Assembly (NCBI GenBank): GCA_963823655.1
Contig: CAWGMK010000005.1
Span: 1 to 64,000, forward strand
DNA length: 64,000 nucleotides
Direction of reading: 5' to 3'
DNA from: an uncultured Bacillota bacterium
GTDB taxonomy: Bacteria; Bacillota; DTU025; MWDF01
Shown here: positions 1-10,449 of the stretch, in pieces
How the letters are laid out: the number at the start of each line of letters is the position of its first letter
How positions within the stretch are numbered: position 1 is the first letter of the stretch
Position numbers and translations under genes: made by a program
The notes under the pieces: model-generated
The model's database searches: none
What the model was told of the DNA's origin: nothing
The model's input: only the letters and a program-made list of their open reading frames with translations

Positions 1-2
1 CG

Positions 3-1595
3 GTCCTTGATTCGCCCCCTGTGTTCTATTTCGCCAGAGGCGGGGAGCTCATCCTGAGCTCCTCCTATTGCCTCAGCAAAGAACCCGGCCTCTCAGACCA
101 TATAATAGCCGACCTTGTCGAAATGCGCATCGCGGCTTTCGGCATCAAGATGAAGAGGTTCCTGAGCACGATGCCGGAGGCGATGATAAAACAGGCCAAC
201 GAATTGAACTTCCCCCTCATAGAGCTTCCCTACAAGCTTGCCTGGGTCGATGTCATAAGCCCTGTACTATCTGAGATACTGCACTCCCAGGCGATGGTGC
301 TGCAGATTTCGAAGGACAGCCATGAGAGGCTCACTAAGCTGGTCTTGGCCGGAGGGGACCTAAGCGACATCATGGTCGAGCTCTCCGCGATAATCGGAAG
401 GCCCGCCTTCATTGCCGACCGCAGCTGGAAATGCATCGCGTCGAGCGCCGGCAAGCCGGCCAATGACGAGGAGTTCAGCCCGTGCAACCTCTCCCCGGAT
501 CAGATACGCAAGGCCTGGCAGACGGGAGCCCCCTTGGGCAATTCACTGCTGCCCAACTCGAAAATTGCCGACGGCTTAGCAATAGTCCCGGTGACAGCCG
601 GAGACAGGGTCTACGCATACTTGCTCATTTCGCAGGAAGAGGGGCCTTTGAGCGCCACGAACCTCACTGTTATCGAGAACGCGAGCACCGTTTGCGCCTT
701 GGAAATCGTAAGGAACAATGCCATCACCGAGGTGGAGAGGCGCTTCAGGAACAACTTCGTCGAAGATCTCGTGCTTGGCAACTTCGAGTCGGTACAGGCG
801 ATCACAAGGCGCGCTGCCAGCTTCGACTGGAACCTTGCCAGCCCTCAGGTTGTCCTTAACATCGACTTCGACGGCTTCGAGCGCTACTTCGCCGAGCAGC
901 AGGAGTACAACGAAAAAGCCGTGCGCGACGCGAAGAACAGGTTCGTAAGGATAGTCGAATCCATACCCAAGAAGTTCAACAGGAGCCTTCTTGGCGCCGA
1001 TAAAAGCGACAGCATGATAGTGCTTCTATCATACGAAAAGAGCATAAGCACCGCCGAGGCAAGGAAGAACGCGGCTTACATCGCGGAGTTCATCCGGGAT
1101 GAGGTCGCAAAGAGCCTCGCCCCTCTTACCGTGTCCATCGGCATCGGCCGCGTCGCTTTCGACGTTGCCGACATACCCGCGTCTTACAAACAGGCCACAC
1201 AGGCGATGGTGCTGGGCCGCAGGATCTTCGGCAAAAACCGGTCCACCCACTTCGACGAGCTTGGCATCTTCCGCGTGATATACGACGGCCCCGACAGCGA
1301 GGAGCAGTCGATGTTCCGGGAGGAGTGGATCAGGCCGGTGGTCGAACACGACAAGGCGAAGGGCACGAACCTGATCGAGACGCTCGGCACCTATTTCGAT
1401 TGCAACCTTAATGTGCAGGAGAGCGCAAAGAAGCTCTTCATACACGAGAACACCATGAGATATCGCCTGAACAAGATAGAAGGGCTGCTGGATGCCCAAC
1501 TTAGCTCCGGCGAGACCCTTTTAAACCTCTGGACCGCCCTCAAGCTGCACATAGCAGCCGAGACCAGGCAGGTCGAAAGCCCGAAGAGGCCTTAG
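3..1595 (+). CDS. PucR/CdaR-family transcriptional regulator (5' partial)
   Basis: Frame is open from the window edge (VLDSPPVFYFARGGELILSSSY, PucR N-terminal domain). It has a GGDEF-like middle region and a C-terminal HTH (AKKLFIHENTMRYRLNKIE). Confidence 0.9.
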   Translation, partial: VLDSPPVFYFARGGELILSSSYCLSKEPGLSDHIIADLVEMRIAAFGIKMKRFLSTMPEAMIKQANELNFPLIELPYKLAWVDVISPVLSEILHSQAMVLQISKDSHERLTKLVLAGGDLSDIMVELSAIIGRPAFIADRSWKCIASSAGKPANDEEFSPCNLSPDQIRKAWQTGAPLGNSLLPNSKIADGLAIVPVTAGDRVYAYLLISQEEGPLSATNLTVIENASTVCALEIVRNNAITEVERRFRNNFVEDLVLGNFESVQAITRRAASFDWNLASPQVVLNIDFDGFERYFAEQQEYNEKAVRDAKNRFVRIVESIPKKFNRSLLGADKSDSMIVLLSYEKSISTAEARKNAAYIAEFIRDEVAKSLAPLTVSIGIGRVAFDVADIPASYKQATQAMVLGRRIFGKNRSTHFDELGIFRVIYDGPDSEEQSMFREEWIRPVVEHDKAKGTNLIETLGTYFDCNLNVQESAKKLFIHENTMRYRLNKIEGLLDAQLSSGETLLNLWTALKLHIAAETRQVESPKRP

Positions 1596-2761
1596 TGGGC
1601 CGCCTTGACCCTTTTGAGCAGTGCGCCATCGCATAGAAGGTCTATGCAGGTGATGGCCATCGCCAGCGCGACTTCAACGCTCATGTTGAATCCCCTTGGC
1701 GCGGAAGATGCCTGGGCGAACTCCGGGGAATGGCCTACGATTTCCTTGCCGCATATCTCGTACATCGGATGCACGGTGGGTATAGCCTGGCTAACATTGC
1801 CAACGTCGGTGGAGCCCATATTCGTGTTCTCCCCGCCCATCACATATTTGATCCCAAGCCTGTCGAAGCTTGCAGCCAGCGCCTTCTCCAACGGCTCGTT
1901 GCCCTTCATCGGCTCATATATCGCCCCGGTGCGCTCCAGCTCCAGCGTCGTGCCTGTGGCCAGCGCCGCGCCCCTTGCGCAGTTTTTGACCTTCTCTGAG
2001 ACTGAAAGCATCGACTCGACCGTGGCCCCCCTCACCAGGAAGTCCCCTTGGGTGAACGAGGGGACCACGTTAACAGCGTCTCCTCCGTGTGTGATCATGC
2101 CGTGTATCCTCACGTCTCCGGTGACATGCTGCCTGAGCGCATTTATGCTGTTGAAGGTCTCGATGAGAGCGTTAAGGGCATTGACTCCCTTCTGCGGGGA
2201 GGAGCCGGCGTGGGCGTTTACCCCGTAGAATTTCATCCTTATCGGCTCCCATGCAAGGGAGCGGGAAGCAACGCATGTGTGATTGGAAGGATGTGCGATC
2301 AGGGCCGCGTCGATATCCTTGAACGCGCCCCTCTCCACAAGAAGGGCCTTTCCGCCGCCTGACTCCTCGGCCGGCGCCCCGATTACGACGATCTTGCCTC
2401 CGAGCTTATCAAGCACCGACTTTACGGCAAGGGCCGCACCGATCGAAGCCGCGGCTATGAGGTTGTGCCCGCAGGCGTGCCCGATCTTGGGGAGGGCATC
2501 GTACTCGGCTATGAAGGCGATAGTAGGCCCCGGTCCCGCCAATTCCATCTCGGCCCTGAAGCTCGTCGGAATATCGAGGTATCTGCGCTGCAGCTTGAAG
2601 CCTAGGCTCTGCAGCATATCGGAAAGGAAGGCCGCGGACTTCTCCTCTTCGAACGCGACTTCGGAGAAGCAGAAAACCTTCTCTGATACTTCCTTCATTG
2701 CGGGTGTGATGAGCTCGCGCGCCTGGGCAATGACAAGCTCCTTTATCGATTTGCAGTCCAT
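1592..2761 (-). CDS. M20-family amidohydrolase (M20D/ACY1L2-like)
   Basis: Motifs AEYDAL, HACGHNLI, PAEE, GSTDVGNVS. Confidence 0.9.
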   Translation of the reverse strand: MDCKSIKELVIAQARELITPAMKEVSEKVFCFSEVAFEEEKSAAFLSDMLQSLGFKLQRRYLDIPTSFRAEMELAGPGPTIAFIAEYDALPKIGHACGHNLIAAASIGAALAVKSVLDKLGGKIVVIGAPAEESGGGKALLVERGAFKDIDAALIAHPSNHTCVASRSLAWEPIRMKFYGVNAHAGSSPQKGVNALNALIETFNSINALRQHVTGDVRIHGMITHGGDAVNVVPSFTQGDFLVRGATVESMLSVSEKVKNCARGAALATGTTLELERTGAIYEPMKGNEPLEKALAASFDRLGIKYVMGGENTNMGSTDVGNVSQAIPTVHPMYEICGKEIVGHSPEFAQASSAPRGFNMSVEVALAMAITCIDLLCDGALLKRVKAAH

Positions 2762-2801
2762 CTTGAATTACCCCCTGATCAAATTGTCCTTTGAAAGGCC
2801 A

Positions 2802-3458
2802 TCAGCCCAGTATTTCCCTCATTTTCTTTATGGCGAACGGAAGGGCAGTGAACACGGCGTCTGCCTGGCCCTCGCCCAAAAAGCCCTCAAGGCCGCACAT
2901 GGAGACTTGCGCCACAACTACGGCATCTACGTCCTTTCCCAACTTACAGGCCTCGTCCGATAGATATTTGTTGTAATCGTCCATACCCTTTGCGAAATGC
3001 AAGGACGCGTCCGGGCAGATGTAAGGCTGGAAAGTCACTTCCCTGCCCTGCCTTTGGGCCTCGCTTTTAAGCAGGTCGACCGTGCCGCCGACCGCAGACT
3101 TTGATGTTGCAAGTACGCCCACTTTGCCGCAGCGGTTCACCACTTCCGCCGCCATCGGCTGGTCCACCTTCAAAATGGGGACATCTACGAACTTCTGCAC
3201 CTCATAGACCGTGTCTCCGAGGCTGGAGCACGTCACGAGGATGAGCGCGGCTCCAGACTCCTCGGCCGATGTAACCATGGATAGAAGGCGCCTTCTTACC
3301 CTGGCGTTGGTGCCGCCAGTCCTTGCGAAATCCTCCAGAAGCGTCTCATCGAGTATGTGGATAAGCTTGTAATCGGGGAATTCCTTGGCCACCGCGGCCT
3401 GGACCCTGTCGATTACGAACCTTGTTGTGTGTACGAGGGCGATTGTCTTCTTGGCCAT
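2802..3458 (-). CDS. Asp/Glu/hydantoin racemase-family protein
   Basis: Motifs ALVHT, LVTCSSLG, KVDQPMA, GVLAT, AQVSM. Start placed at ATG 3458, which follows a GGAGG. Confidence 0.75.
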   Translation of the reverse strand: MAKKTIALVHTTRFVIDRVQAAVAKEFPDYKLIHILDETLLEDFARTGGTNARVRRRLLSMVTSAEESGAALILVTCSSLGDTVYEVQKFVDVPILKVDQPMAAEVVNRCGKVGVLATSKSAVGGTVDLLKSEAQRQGREVTFQPYICPDASLHFAKGMDDYNKYLSDEACKLGKDVDAVVVAQVSMCGLEGFLGEGQADAVFTALPFAIKKMREILG

Positions 3459-3812
3459 TTTCCCGCCTCCTTCGCCACTGTAGATTACCACGAAGCGCAT
3501 GCCTTAACCTTCACATGTTTACACAAATCTGAGGGGCGCTTATTAGGGTTTTCTACACATTGGGGAAATTTCACAGCATTGTCAATACTCACACTCCGAT
3601 TGCGGATTTATTGTGGATTATTATGAAGGAATGACGAACAGTACCATAGAAGTAGTAAAGACCAGATAATTTTATGACGATTAAGCCTGGAATATAATTC
3701 CATATTATGGAGGAGGAGATGCTGGCGGGATTATCGGCTTCACTAAGATTGTAATGCATAGATCACCGAAACAGCCGGACTTAACAAGAATGAATAGATG
3801 GAGGGATAGCGA

Positions 3813-4941
3813 ATGAAGAAAGTTCTGATCATGACGGTCTTCGCACTTCTCCTGGTGGCCCTTACAGTAACACCGGGAATTTACGCAGCCACTACTTTCA
3901 AACTCGGCGGCCTTGCGGCCCTTCAGCTAAGCTACGGCAAGTCTATGACCAGCGGAGCGAAGCTGGCTATCGACGAAATTAACAAAGCCGGCGGAGTAAA
4001 CGGGGTCAAATTCGAAATAGACTGGCAGGATTCCGAAGGCACAGCAACAGTAGGGCGCACAGCAGCCCAGAAGCTAATCTTCGGCAGCAAGGTCGATGCG
4101 ATACTCGGCTGCCACGGCAGCACAGTCGTCCTCGCAATCGAAGGCCTTGTGAAGGAAGCGGGAATCCTTGAAGTTGCATTGGGCAGCGCTACTGCGGTCA
4201 CCGCCCTCGGCAACCCCTGGATAGCCAGGGTCCGCGAGCCGGACCTTCTTACCGCGTCAGTCCTCACCAACTTCATCGTAGATGTAAAGAAGTTCACCAA
4301 AGTCGCGATATTCCATATGAGCGAGCAGTACGGCGTAGGCGGCAAGGACAACATGGTAGCAGCCCTTAAGAGCCAAGGGCCTGGCCCCTGTCATCACAGT
4401 CGCCCACAATCCCAACGACACCGACTTCTCCAGCCAGCTGCTGAACATCAAGAAGTCCGGCGCCCAGGCCATGGTCATATTCTCGGGCCTGCCGGATCAG
4501 GGCATCATGGTTAAGCAGGCAAGGCAGCTCATCCCCGAAGTCGAGATCTTCATGAGCAGCGTCGGCGCGACGAAGACGTTCATGGAAGCAGCAGGAGCCT
4601 CCGCCAACGGAGCTTATGCTGTAGTCACCTATACCAATGACAACCCGGACCCGGACGTGCAGAAGTTCGTAGCCCTCCACAAGAAGGTATTCGGCGTTGA
4701 GCCTTACGACTTCTTCGACCCTCTCGCCTACGACGCGGTCAAGATGATTGCCGAAGCCGTAAGGATAGCGGGCAGCACAGACCACAAGAAGGTCAGGGAC
4801 GCCTTCTATACGATAAAGGGCTTCAAGGGCGCGACCGGCCTTACCTACGATGTGGCCCCCAACGGCGAAACTGTACATGAACTGCTTCTTGTCATGATCA
4901 AAGACGGCAAGCATGTCGTCATTCAGAAGGTAAGGGGATAG
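3813..4941 (+). CDS. Branched-chain amino acid ABC substrate-binding protein (LivJ/K-like), one frameshift near 4371
   Basis: Signal peptide and GAKLAIDEINKAGGVNG motif. ORFs 3813-4514 and 4471-4941 join on removing one base (AALK-AKGLAPVIT...DTDFSSQL). Confidence 0.85.
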
Positions 4942-4973
4942 GCCAGTTGCTCGTCTCCTAAGGCATAACTAAT

Positions 4974-5022
4974 GTGCGGGAGCGGCTCCCACAGGAATTT
5001 CCGCCCCCGCACTTGCTTATCT
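4974..5022 (+). promoter_or_regulatory. Intercistronic stem-loop after SBP gene (probable mRNA-stabilising hairpin)
   Basis: GTGCGGG-AGCGG...CCGC-CCCCGCAC inverted repeat without a U-tract. Confidence 0.5.
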
Positions 5023-5045
5023 TCAGCCTGAAAAGGAGTACTTCT

Positions 5046-5924
5046 ATGGACATCGTAATTCAGCAGATAGTAAGCGGCCTCGCCCTGGGCTGCATCTACG
5101 GGCTCATCGCCCTTGGATACAGCTTCATATGGAACGCGGTCGAAATAGTGAACATGGCGCAGGGAAGCTTCGTCATGGTCGGGGCCTTCGTATACGGCTT
5201 CACGCTGATGGGCGTAATGAAGCTCCCGTTCATAGTGGCGTTCTTCCTTCTGATAATCATAATGGGCCTCTTCGGAATAGCCTGCGAGAGGATATTCTAC
5301 AGGCCGCTGAAGAACGCGCACATCAGGACAATTCTCGTATCGCTAGTCGCCCTGGGGATGCTCCTCGGAAACCTCGCCCTCATCATCTGGGGGCCTTATC
5401 CGAAGTCGGCCACAGGCCCGTTCGGACAGGCGATACTCACCATGGGCAAGATCACCATCCCCTATCAGAACATATTCATAATAGTCGCCACGCTGGGGCT
5501 TCTTGCGGTACAGACGTACTTGTTCAAGAAGACCACCCTAGGCAAGGTCCTAAGGGCGGTCGCGCAGGACAAGGCCACCGCATCACTAATGGGAATAGAG
5601 TCTGACCTGGCCGTTTCATTGACATTCGCCTACAGCTCCATACTCGGAGGAATCGCCGGCATGCTGGTAGCGCCCGTCTTCGTGGTGAACACAGGCCTTG
5701 CCAACCTTGGCTTCAAGGGCTTCGGCGCCTGCGTTATAGGCTCCTTCGGCAGCATCTTCGGCTCCTTCGCAGGAGGCGTGGTATTAGGCGGGTTCGAGAT
5801 CTTCGCGGCCAGCTATGTGTCTTCATTATATAAAGAGGCGATAGTCTATCTGCTCATCATAAGCTTCCTGCTGTTCAGGCCCGAGGGGCTGTTCGGCAAG
5901 AAGAAAGAGCAGAGCGGCTTGTAA
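5046..5924 (+). CDS. livH: Branched-chain amino acid ABC permease (LivH-like)
   Basis: QQIVSGLALGCIYGLIALG, NMAQG, GKVLRAVAQD. AGGAG precedes ATG 5046. Confidence 0.88.
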   Translation: MDIVIQQIVSGLALGCIYGLIALGYSFIWNAVEIVNMAQGSFVMVGAFVYGFTLMGVMKLPFIVAFFLLIIIMGLFGIACERIFYRPLKNAHIRTILVSLVALGMLLGNLALIIWGPYPKSATGPFGQAILTMGKITIPYQNIFIIVATLGLLAVQTYLFKKTTLGKVLRAVAQDKATASLMGIESDLAVSLTFAYSSILGGIAGMLVAPVFVVNTGLANLGFKGFGACVIGSFGSIFGSFAGGVVLGGFEIFAASYVSSLYKEAIVYLLIISFLLFRPEGLFGKKKEQSGL

Positions 5925-5938
5925 ATGGAGGGCTTGTA

Positions 5939-6919
5939 ATGCCTACAAGGAACAGAAACGTAATACTTGCGGTGTTGTTCGCAGTGCTTGCGGCGGCCCC
6001 CATGGCGTTTAAGGACGAATACGTCAGGTACATAATGAGCAACATAGTGATAAACGCCGTCCTCGTCATGGCCCTTAACTTCGTCCTCGGCTTCGCAGGG
6101 CAAGTCTTCCTGGGCACGATCGCATTCTTCGCCGTAGGATGCTACAGCACATCGATACTTACAGTGAAATTCGGGCTCACTTTCTGGCAGGCGGTGCCGC
6201 TAACGATGCTCATCACTGCCGGCATAGCCTTCATACTGGGATTGCCGACATTGAAGATCAAGGGCTTCTACCTGGCATTGATGTCCACGGGCTTCATCAT
6301 AGTCGTAAGCGACGTGCTGAAGAACTGGACTAGCATCACAAACGGGGTTTGGGGCCTGAGCGGAGTGCCGAGGCCATATGTATTCGGCGCCAAAGTGGGA
6401 AGCAACATGGGCTTCTTCTACCTCGGGCTGATAATTGCGGGCCTGCTCGCCTTGCTTGCGATCATGATCGAAGACTCCAGGTTCGGGCGCGCATTCAAAG
6501 TGATTCGCGATGACGAGCTGGCCGGCGAGGTCCTCGGAATCGACGCGCTGAAGATCAAGCTGCTGGCATTCGTGCTGTGCGGCGTGTATACCGGCGTGGC
6601 AGGATCCCTTTTCGCGTCATTCCAGCAGTTCATAAGCCCTGAGATATTCACCTTCAATTACAACTCGCTGTTCATGTGCATGCTGGTGGTCGGCGGCCTT
6701 GGTTCGGTTCCGGGCTCGGTGCTGGGAGCAGTCGTGCTCACTACGCTGACCGAGCTTCTGAGGTTCATGCGCGAGAAGTACCTGACGGTATATGCAATAA
6801 TCATCCTCGTAATCCTCATTTACCAGCCGGGAGGGCTGGTCTCCATGCTGGGGCAGTTCTACTCATACATTGCGATTAAGCTTGGCAAGAGGACGGCAAC
6901 GTCCCCGAAAGCCAGATAG
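5939..6919 (+). CDS. livM: Branched-chain amino acid ABC permease (LivM-like)
   Basis: GFAGQVFLG, SRFGRAFKVIRDDE, VGGLGS; hydrophobic throughout. Confidence 0.88.
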   Translation: MPTRNRNVILAVLFAVLAAAPMAFKDEYVRYIMSNIVINAVLVMALNFVLGFAGQVFLGTIAFFAVGCYSTSILTVKFGLTFWQAVPLTMLITAGIAFILGLPTLKIKGFYLALMSTGFIIVVSDVLKNWTSITNGVWGLSGVPRPYVFGAKVGSNMGFFYLGLIIAGLLALLAIMIEDSRFGRAFKVIRDDELAGEVLGIDALKIKLLAFVLCGVYTGVAGSLFASFQQFISPEIFTFNYNSLFMCMLVVGGLGSVPGSVLGAVVLTTLTELLRFMREKYLTVYAIIILVILIYQPGGLVSMLGQFYSYIAIKLGKRTATSPKAR

Positions 6920-6931
6920 GAGGGGGCCGAC

Positions 6932-7747
6932 ATGGTAGCTACGAACAACGCTGCGGACAATATCCTGGTAGTTGACGGCCTCTCCAAGAGCTTCGGCGGG
7001 GTCAAAGCTGTCAACAACCTGTCATTCAATGTAGAGCGGGGTCAGATATGCGCGATAATCGGCCCCAATGGCTCGGGTAAGACCACCTGCATCAACCTGA
7101 TAACAGGCGTCCTCAAACCGACGGCCGGAACCGTTGTCTTCGAGGGGAGCAATCTGATGGAGCTGAACCGGTCGAACATCGCAAAAGTGGGCGTGACAAG
7201 GACGTTCCAGAACCTCAGGCTGTGGGCGACGCTGTCGGTGGCCGACCACGTAATGGCCGCGAGGTTCTGCAGGACTAAGTCCGGTTTCTTCACCTCCACT
7301 CTGCATACCAAGGCGGCGGTGGCCGAAGACAGGGCTAACCTTGCGATGACAAGGGAGCTTCTGGACATGGTCGGGCTTGCCGGCACGGAGAACCTGCTGG
7401 CCAACAGCCTTCCATACGGCAAGAGGAGGCTCTTGGAGATAGCAAGGGCGCTGGCGACAGAACCCAAGCTTATATTGATGGATGAGCCTGCGGCCGGCAT
7501 GTCAGGCAGAGAGATAGACAAGCTTATAGAGCTCATATTCAAGATCAGGGACAGGGGCGTCTCGGTGGTCGTAATCGAGCACAGGATGAAGCTCGTCATG
7601 AAGGCTTCGGACAAGATAATTGTGCTCAACTACGGCGAGAAGATCGCAGAAGGCACCGCAAATGAGATCCGCTGCAATGAACTGGTAATCCAGGCCTACC
7701 TCGGAACCGCGTACTCAAGCGAAGTGACCGAAGTGTGTAGGGTTTAG
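6932..7747 (+). CDS. livG: ABC ATP-binding protein (LivG-like)
   Basis: GPNGSGKTT, RTFQN, LPYG, DEPAAG. Confidence 0.9.
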   Translation: MVATNNAADNILVVDGLSKSFGGVKAVNNLSFNVERGQICAIIGPNGSGKTTCINLITGVLKPTAGTVVFEGSNLMELNRSNIAKVGVTRTFQNLRLWATLSVADHVMAARFCRTKSGFFTSTLHTKAAVAEDRANLAMTRELLDMVGLAGTENLLANSLPYGKRRLLEIARALATEPKLILMDEPAAGMSGREIDKLIELIFKIRDRGVSVVVIEHRMKLVMKASDKIIVLNYGEKIAEGTANEIRCNELVIQAYLGTAYSSEVTEVCRV

Positions 7748-7759
7748 GAGGGTTGAGAC

Positions 7760-8482
7760 ATGGCATTGTTGGAGATTAAAGGCATATCGGCTCGTTACGG
7801 CCTTGTCCAGGCCCTTTATGGAGTATCCCTCACAGTCGAGGAGGGGGAGATCGTCTGCCTGATAGGCCCGAACGGGGCGGGCAAGACGACTACCATAAAA
7901 ACGATAACCGGAGCGCTAAGGCCCTTCGAAGGCGAGATATCCTTCGCAGGCAAGGTTATTACCAAGGCCCGCACGTCGGCCATCATCAGATCCGGCATAT
8001 CCGTCGTACCAGAGGGAAGAAGGATGTTCCCGAAGATGACGGTGAAGGAGAACCTTGAGCTTGGCTCATATGTGGTGCGCCGGGACAAGGCGGGATTCGA
8101 AAAGACGCTTAAAGTAGTCTACGAGCTGTTCCCTCAGATGGAGACGTTCTCGGACAGGATGGCGGGCACATTGTCCGGAGGCGAGCAGGAGATGCTGGCC
8201 ATCAGCCGTGCAATGATGTCCAGGCCGAGATTGATGCTCCTGGACGAGCCCTCGATGGGCCTGGCGCCGGTCCTTGTGGAGAAGACCTTCCAGGCGATAG
8301 CGGCGCTTAACAAAGCTGGTACTACGGTTCTGCTGGTGGAGCAGAACGCGAATATGGCGCTTTCCATAGCGGACCGCGGGTATGTCATGGAGGGCGGAGT
8401 GGTTGAACTCAGCGGTACTGCGGCGGAGCTTCGGGCAAGCGACGCCGTCAAAGAGCTTTACCTTGGAGGAAAAGAAGATTAG
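7760..8482 (+). CDS. livF: ABC ATP-binding protein (LivF-like)
   Basis: GPNGAGKTT, VPEGRR, LSGGEQ, DEPSMG, VEQNA. Confidence 0.9.
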   Translation: MALLEIKGISARYGLVQALYGVSLTVEEGEIVCLIGPNGAGKTTTIKTITGALRPFEGEISFAGKVITKARTSAIIRSGISVVPEGRRMFPKMTVKENLELGSYVVRRDKAGFEKTLKVVYELFPQMETFSDRMAGTLSGGEQEMLAISRAMMSRPRLMLLDEPSMGLAPVLVEKTFQAIAALNKAGTTVLLVEQNANMALSIADRGYVMEGGVVELSGTAAELRASDAVKELYLGGKED

Positions 8483-8518
8483 CGTCAAAAAATCATACTG
8501 AAGGGAAGTGCAGAAGAG

Positions 8519-9172
8519 TTGAATTTCGTAGAGGCTTTCAAGAAGGCAAGAGTAGTGGACCTGTCAAAAGTATGCCACCCCGGCAAAGAGGAGCGCAGGC
8601 TGGAGATCAGATCCTATAAGGTGTATGCGGGAGAGGTAATGCACGAGATCGACACCATGAGCCACATCGGCACGCACGTGGAAGTGCCGTCGCATTTCAT
8701 CGAGCCGCTGCGCGGAACCAAATGCAAGGACCTTGCGGACTTCCCGCCCGAAGCATGGATGGGCGAGGCAGTATTCATCGACCTGGCGGGCCTGGCCCCC
8801 AAGGTCGGCATAACGTCAGAGTTCGTAAAGAGCTTCGGCGTGAAGACCGGCGACATAGTCATAATGGGCAATTCCAAGTACAAGGGAGACGATCAGAACT
8901 TCCTTTCCAACGAAGCGGTGAAGTACCTGGCCGATCTGAACATCAAGATCCTCGGCCTCGACCTTACTTTCAAGATGGAGGAGTTCTGGACCCCGCTCGG
9001 AAACATGAAGACCCACGTTTACATGCTTGAGAAGGACATCCCGCTCATCGAGGTCATGGTAAACCTCGACCAGCTCAGGGAGCGCCGTTTCTTCTTCATA
9101 GGCGTGCCGGTGGCGATAGTCGGCCTCGACGCGTTCCCGATAAGGGCCGTTGCCCTCGAGGGAGTAATATAG
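8519..9172 (+). CDS. Cyclase-family metal-dependent hydrolase (kynurenine formamidase-like)
   Basis: VVDLS, HIGTHVEVPSH (variant of HxGTHxDxPxH), IPLIE, DAFPIRAVA. Confidence 0.85.
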   Translation: MNFVEAFKKARVVDLSKVCHPGKEERRLEIRSYKVYAGEVMHEIDTMSHIGTHVEVPSHFIEPLRGTKCKDLADFPPEAWMGEAVFIDLAGLAPKVGITSEFVKSFGVKTGDIVIMGNSKYKGDDQNFLSNEAVKYLADLNIKILGLDLTFKMEEFWTPLGNMKTHVYMLEKDIPLIEVMVNLDQLRERRFFFIGVPVAIVGLDAFPIRAVALEGVI

Positions 9173-9298
9173 CTGACGGTTGGTAAGGGATAACGGCCGG
9201 GTTCGAGAATGGGCCCGGCCTCAGGAAGTTAATAGGCGGCCCGGCTTTTCGCCGGGCTTTCCGCAATACGGCCCGCATAACAGGCACAGGAGGGACGC

Positions 9299-10132
9299 AT
9301 GGATAAAGAGCAGAGGCTTAAGCTCTCTTATATGGTGGCCACGCCCGACATTATCTCCAGGGATGCGCTCGGATACCACGGCAATATTTCCTCGAGCGCC
9401 CGCCTCCTGAAGGACCTGGGATATGACGGGATAGAGCTTACGACCGCAAATCCGGACTTGTTCGACTGGGGCCTGGTCAAGAAGGCGGTATCCGCCGCAG
9501 GGCTTGAGGTGCCTCTTGTTTGTACGGGCGAGGTGTTCGGGCAGTCGAACCTGGGGCTTGCCGCGCCATACGCGAGCGTAAGGACGGCTGCGGTCACGAC
9601 GATTAAAAGGATTGTGGATTTCGCCTCTGAATTCGGGGCGATAGTCAATATTGGCCGGTCAAGATGGCGCTATGAAGATGGCGTAGACCATGCCCAGACC
9701 GAAGAGTGGGCCTATAAGGGTTTCTGCGAAGTGGCCGATTATGCCGCGAAGAAGTCCGTGATCATCGCTCTTGAGCCCATCGCCAAGCACGTCTGCAACT
9801 TCATCAACAGCACACAGGACGGGCTAGCCTGGGTGGACAGGGTGGGCAGGGACAATTTCAAGATCATGATCGACCTTTACCATATGTACAAAGAGGACGT
9901 ATCGATCATGGGCAGCATCGAGGAAGCGGTTAAGGCGGGGGCCGTTGTGCACGTTCACCTCTGCGAGGAGAACAGGAAGCCGCCGGGATATGGGAATATG
10001 GATTTCACAGGGGCAATCAATGCGCTAAAACATGCGGGATACAACAGGTATGTCTCGGGCGAGGTATCGAACTACCCTGACCAGGACTCAGCGCTCAGAA
10101 GATGTGCCGAGGTTTTTCTGCCGCTGCTGTAG
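9299..10132 (+). CDS. Sugar phosphate isomerase/epimerase (xylose isomerase-like TIM barrel, IolO/DTE-like)
   Basis: GYDGIEL, ALEP, DLYHM, HVHL..NR.PPG.G, SGE. Confidence 0.82.
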   Translation: MDKEQRLKLSYMVATPDIISRDALGYHGNISSSARLLKDLGYDGIELTTANPDLFDWGLVKKAVSAAGLEVPLVCTGEVFGQSNLGLAAPYASVRTAAVTTIKRIVDFASEFGAIVNIGRSRWRYEDGVDHAQTEEWAYKGFCEVADYAAKKSVIIALEPIAKHVCNFINSTQDGLAWVDRVGRDNFKIMIDLYHMYKEDVSIMGSIEEAVKAGAVVHVHLCEENRKPPGYGNMDFTGAINALKHAGYNRYVSGEVSNYPDQDSALRRCAEVFLPLL

Positions 10133-10192
10133 GCTCACTTTAGTCTGTAACAGGGTAATTTTATTATTTTGGAAGTAAATAGCCACTTTTTT

Positions 10193-10237
10193 GCCGCCGC
10201 ATCGTTCCTTTAGTTAGGGTGCGGCGGCTTTCCTTTT
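10193..10237 (+). terminator. Intrinsic terminator
   Basis: GCCGCCGCATC...GGTGCGGCGGC followed by TTTCCTTTT. Confidence 0.6.
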
Positions 10238-10378
10238 GTTTGATCTCGGGAAAATATACAGAATTTTGCATAATACAAAATATCGCAGAAATATTTCACT
10301 AACAATAAAGCCATCATAAACGGCATAATAACTATAAAATTTGTAACAGCAACCACTAGAAAATATATAAATATACGG

Positions 10379-10407
10379 TTGACAGAGCATAATATGAGGA
10401 ATAATAT
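10379..10407 (+). promoter_or_regulatory. Sigma-70/A promoter, overlapped by an ATAATATGAG direct repeat
   Basis: TTGACA-17 nt-TAATAT about 40 nt upstream of the amidohydrolase start. Confidence 0.65.
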
Positions 10408-10449
10408 GAGTGAAACGAATTAAGCAACCTGAGGGTGGAGGGAATTGAA

